DNA of 64,000 nucleotides from a virus (Duplodnaviria; Heunggongvirae; Uroviricota; Caudoviricetes): IMG/VR virus record IMGVR_UViG_2718218135_000001, positions 49,251 to 113,250 of that record; one strand, 5' to 3'. Shown piece by piece: positions 63,992 to 64,000 of this stretch (position 1 is its first letter; each line of letters starts with the position of its first letter). The notes under the pieces were generated by a model. It saw only the letters and a program-made list of their open reading frames with translations, ran no database searches and was not told where the DNA came from. The position numbers and the translations under genes were made by a program.

Positions 63992-64000
63992 GGGAACTTA

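Noticed and set aside
1-64000. CRISPR array
   Set aside because: No series of regularly spaced short direct repeats with unique spacers was seen; the repeated elements found are intergenic palindromes and IS ends.

Overview
This window reads as a temperate siphovirus-type phage of an enterobacterial host, probably a phage-plasmid, carrying a mosaic cargo island. All calls are from reading the sequence and ORF track; no database search was run. Left to right: (1) a head and lambda-like tail module on the + strand (scaffold, HK97-type capsid, Big_2 decoration protein, head-tail joining genes, major tail protein, G/T-like chaperones, 1.5-kb tape measure, M/L/K/I-like proteins, J-like host specificity protein, side tail fibre and its assembly protein); (2) a lysis cassette with an overlapped spanin pair; (3) a GNAT/DUF1778 toxin-antitoxin pair, a ParA-type partition pair and a GIY-YIG protein; (4) a replication block (DnaB-like helicase, DnaG-like primase); (5) a cargo island holding phd-doc, a four-gene chaperone-usher fimbrial operon, an internally deleted IS2-like element with intact 5-bp target duplications and a truncated IS3-family element; (6) more phage backbone: unknown genes, ATP-dependent DNA ligase, small membrane proteins, a structured non-coding region with a phage-type tRNA-Asn(GTT), a tyrosine recombinase, an HTH regulator, a VWA/AAA+ pair, a DnaE-type polymerase, a gp32-like SSB, a flap endonuclease and a RecA-family recombinase split by a LAGLIDADG intein in its P-loop; (7) an AT-rich type I restriction-modification locus running to the window edge. 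The most interesting signals are two families of conserved intergenic palindromic motifs that look like a phage-specific promoter/operator code, the intein, the IS-bracketed fimbrial cargo, and the inverted-repeat-rich tRNA region.
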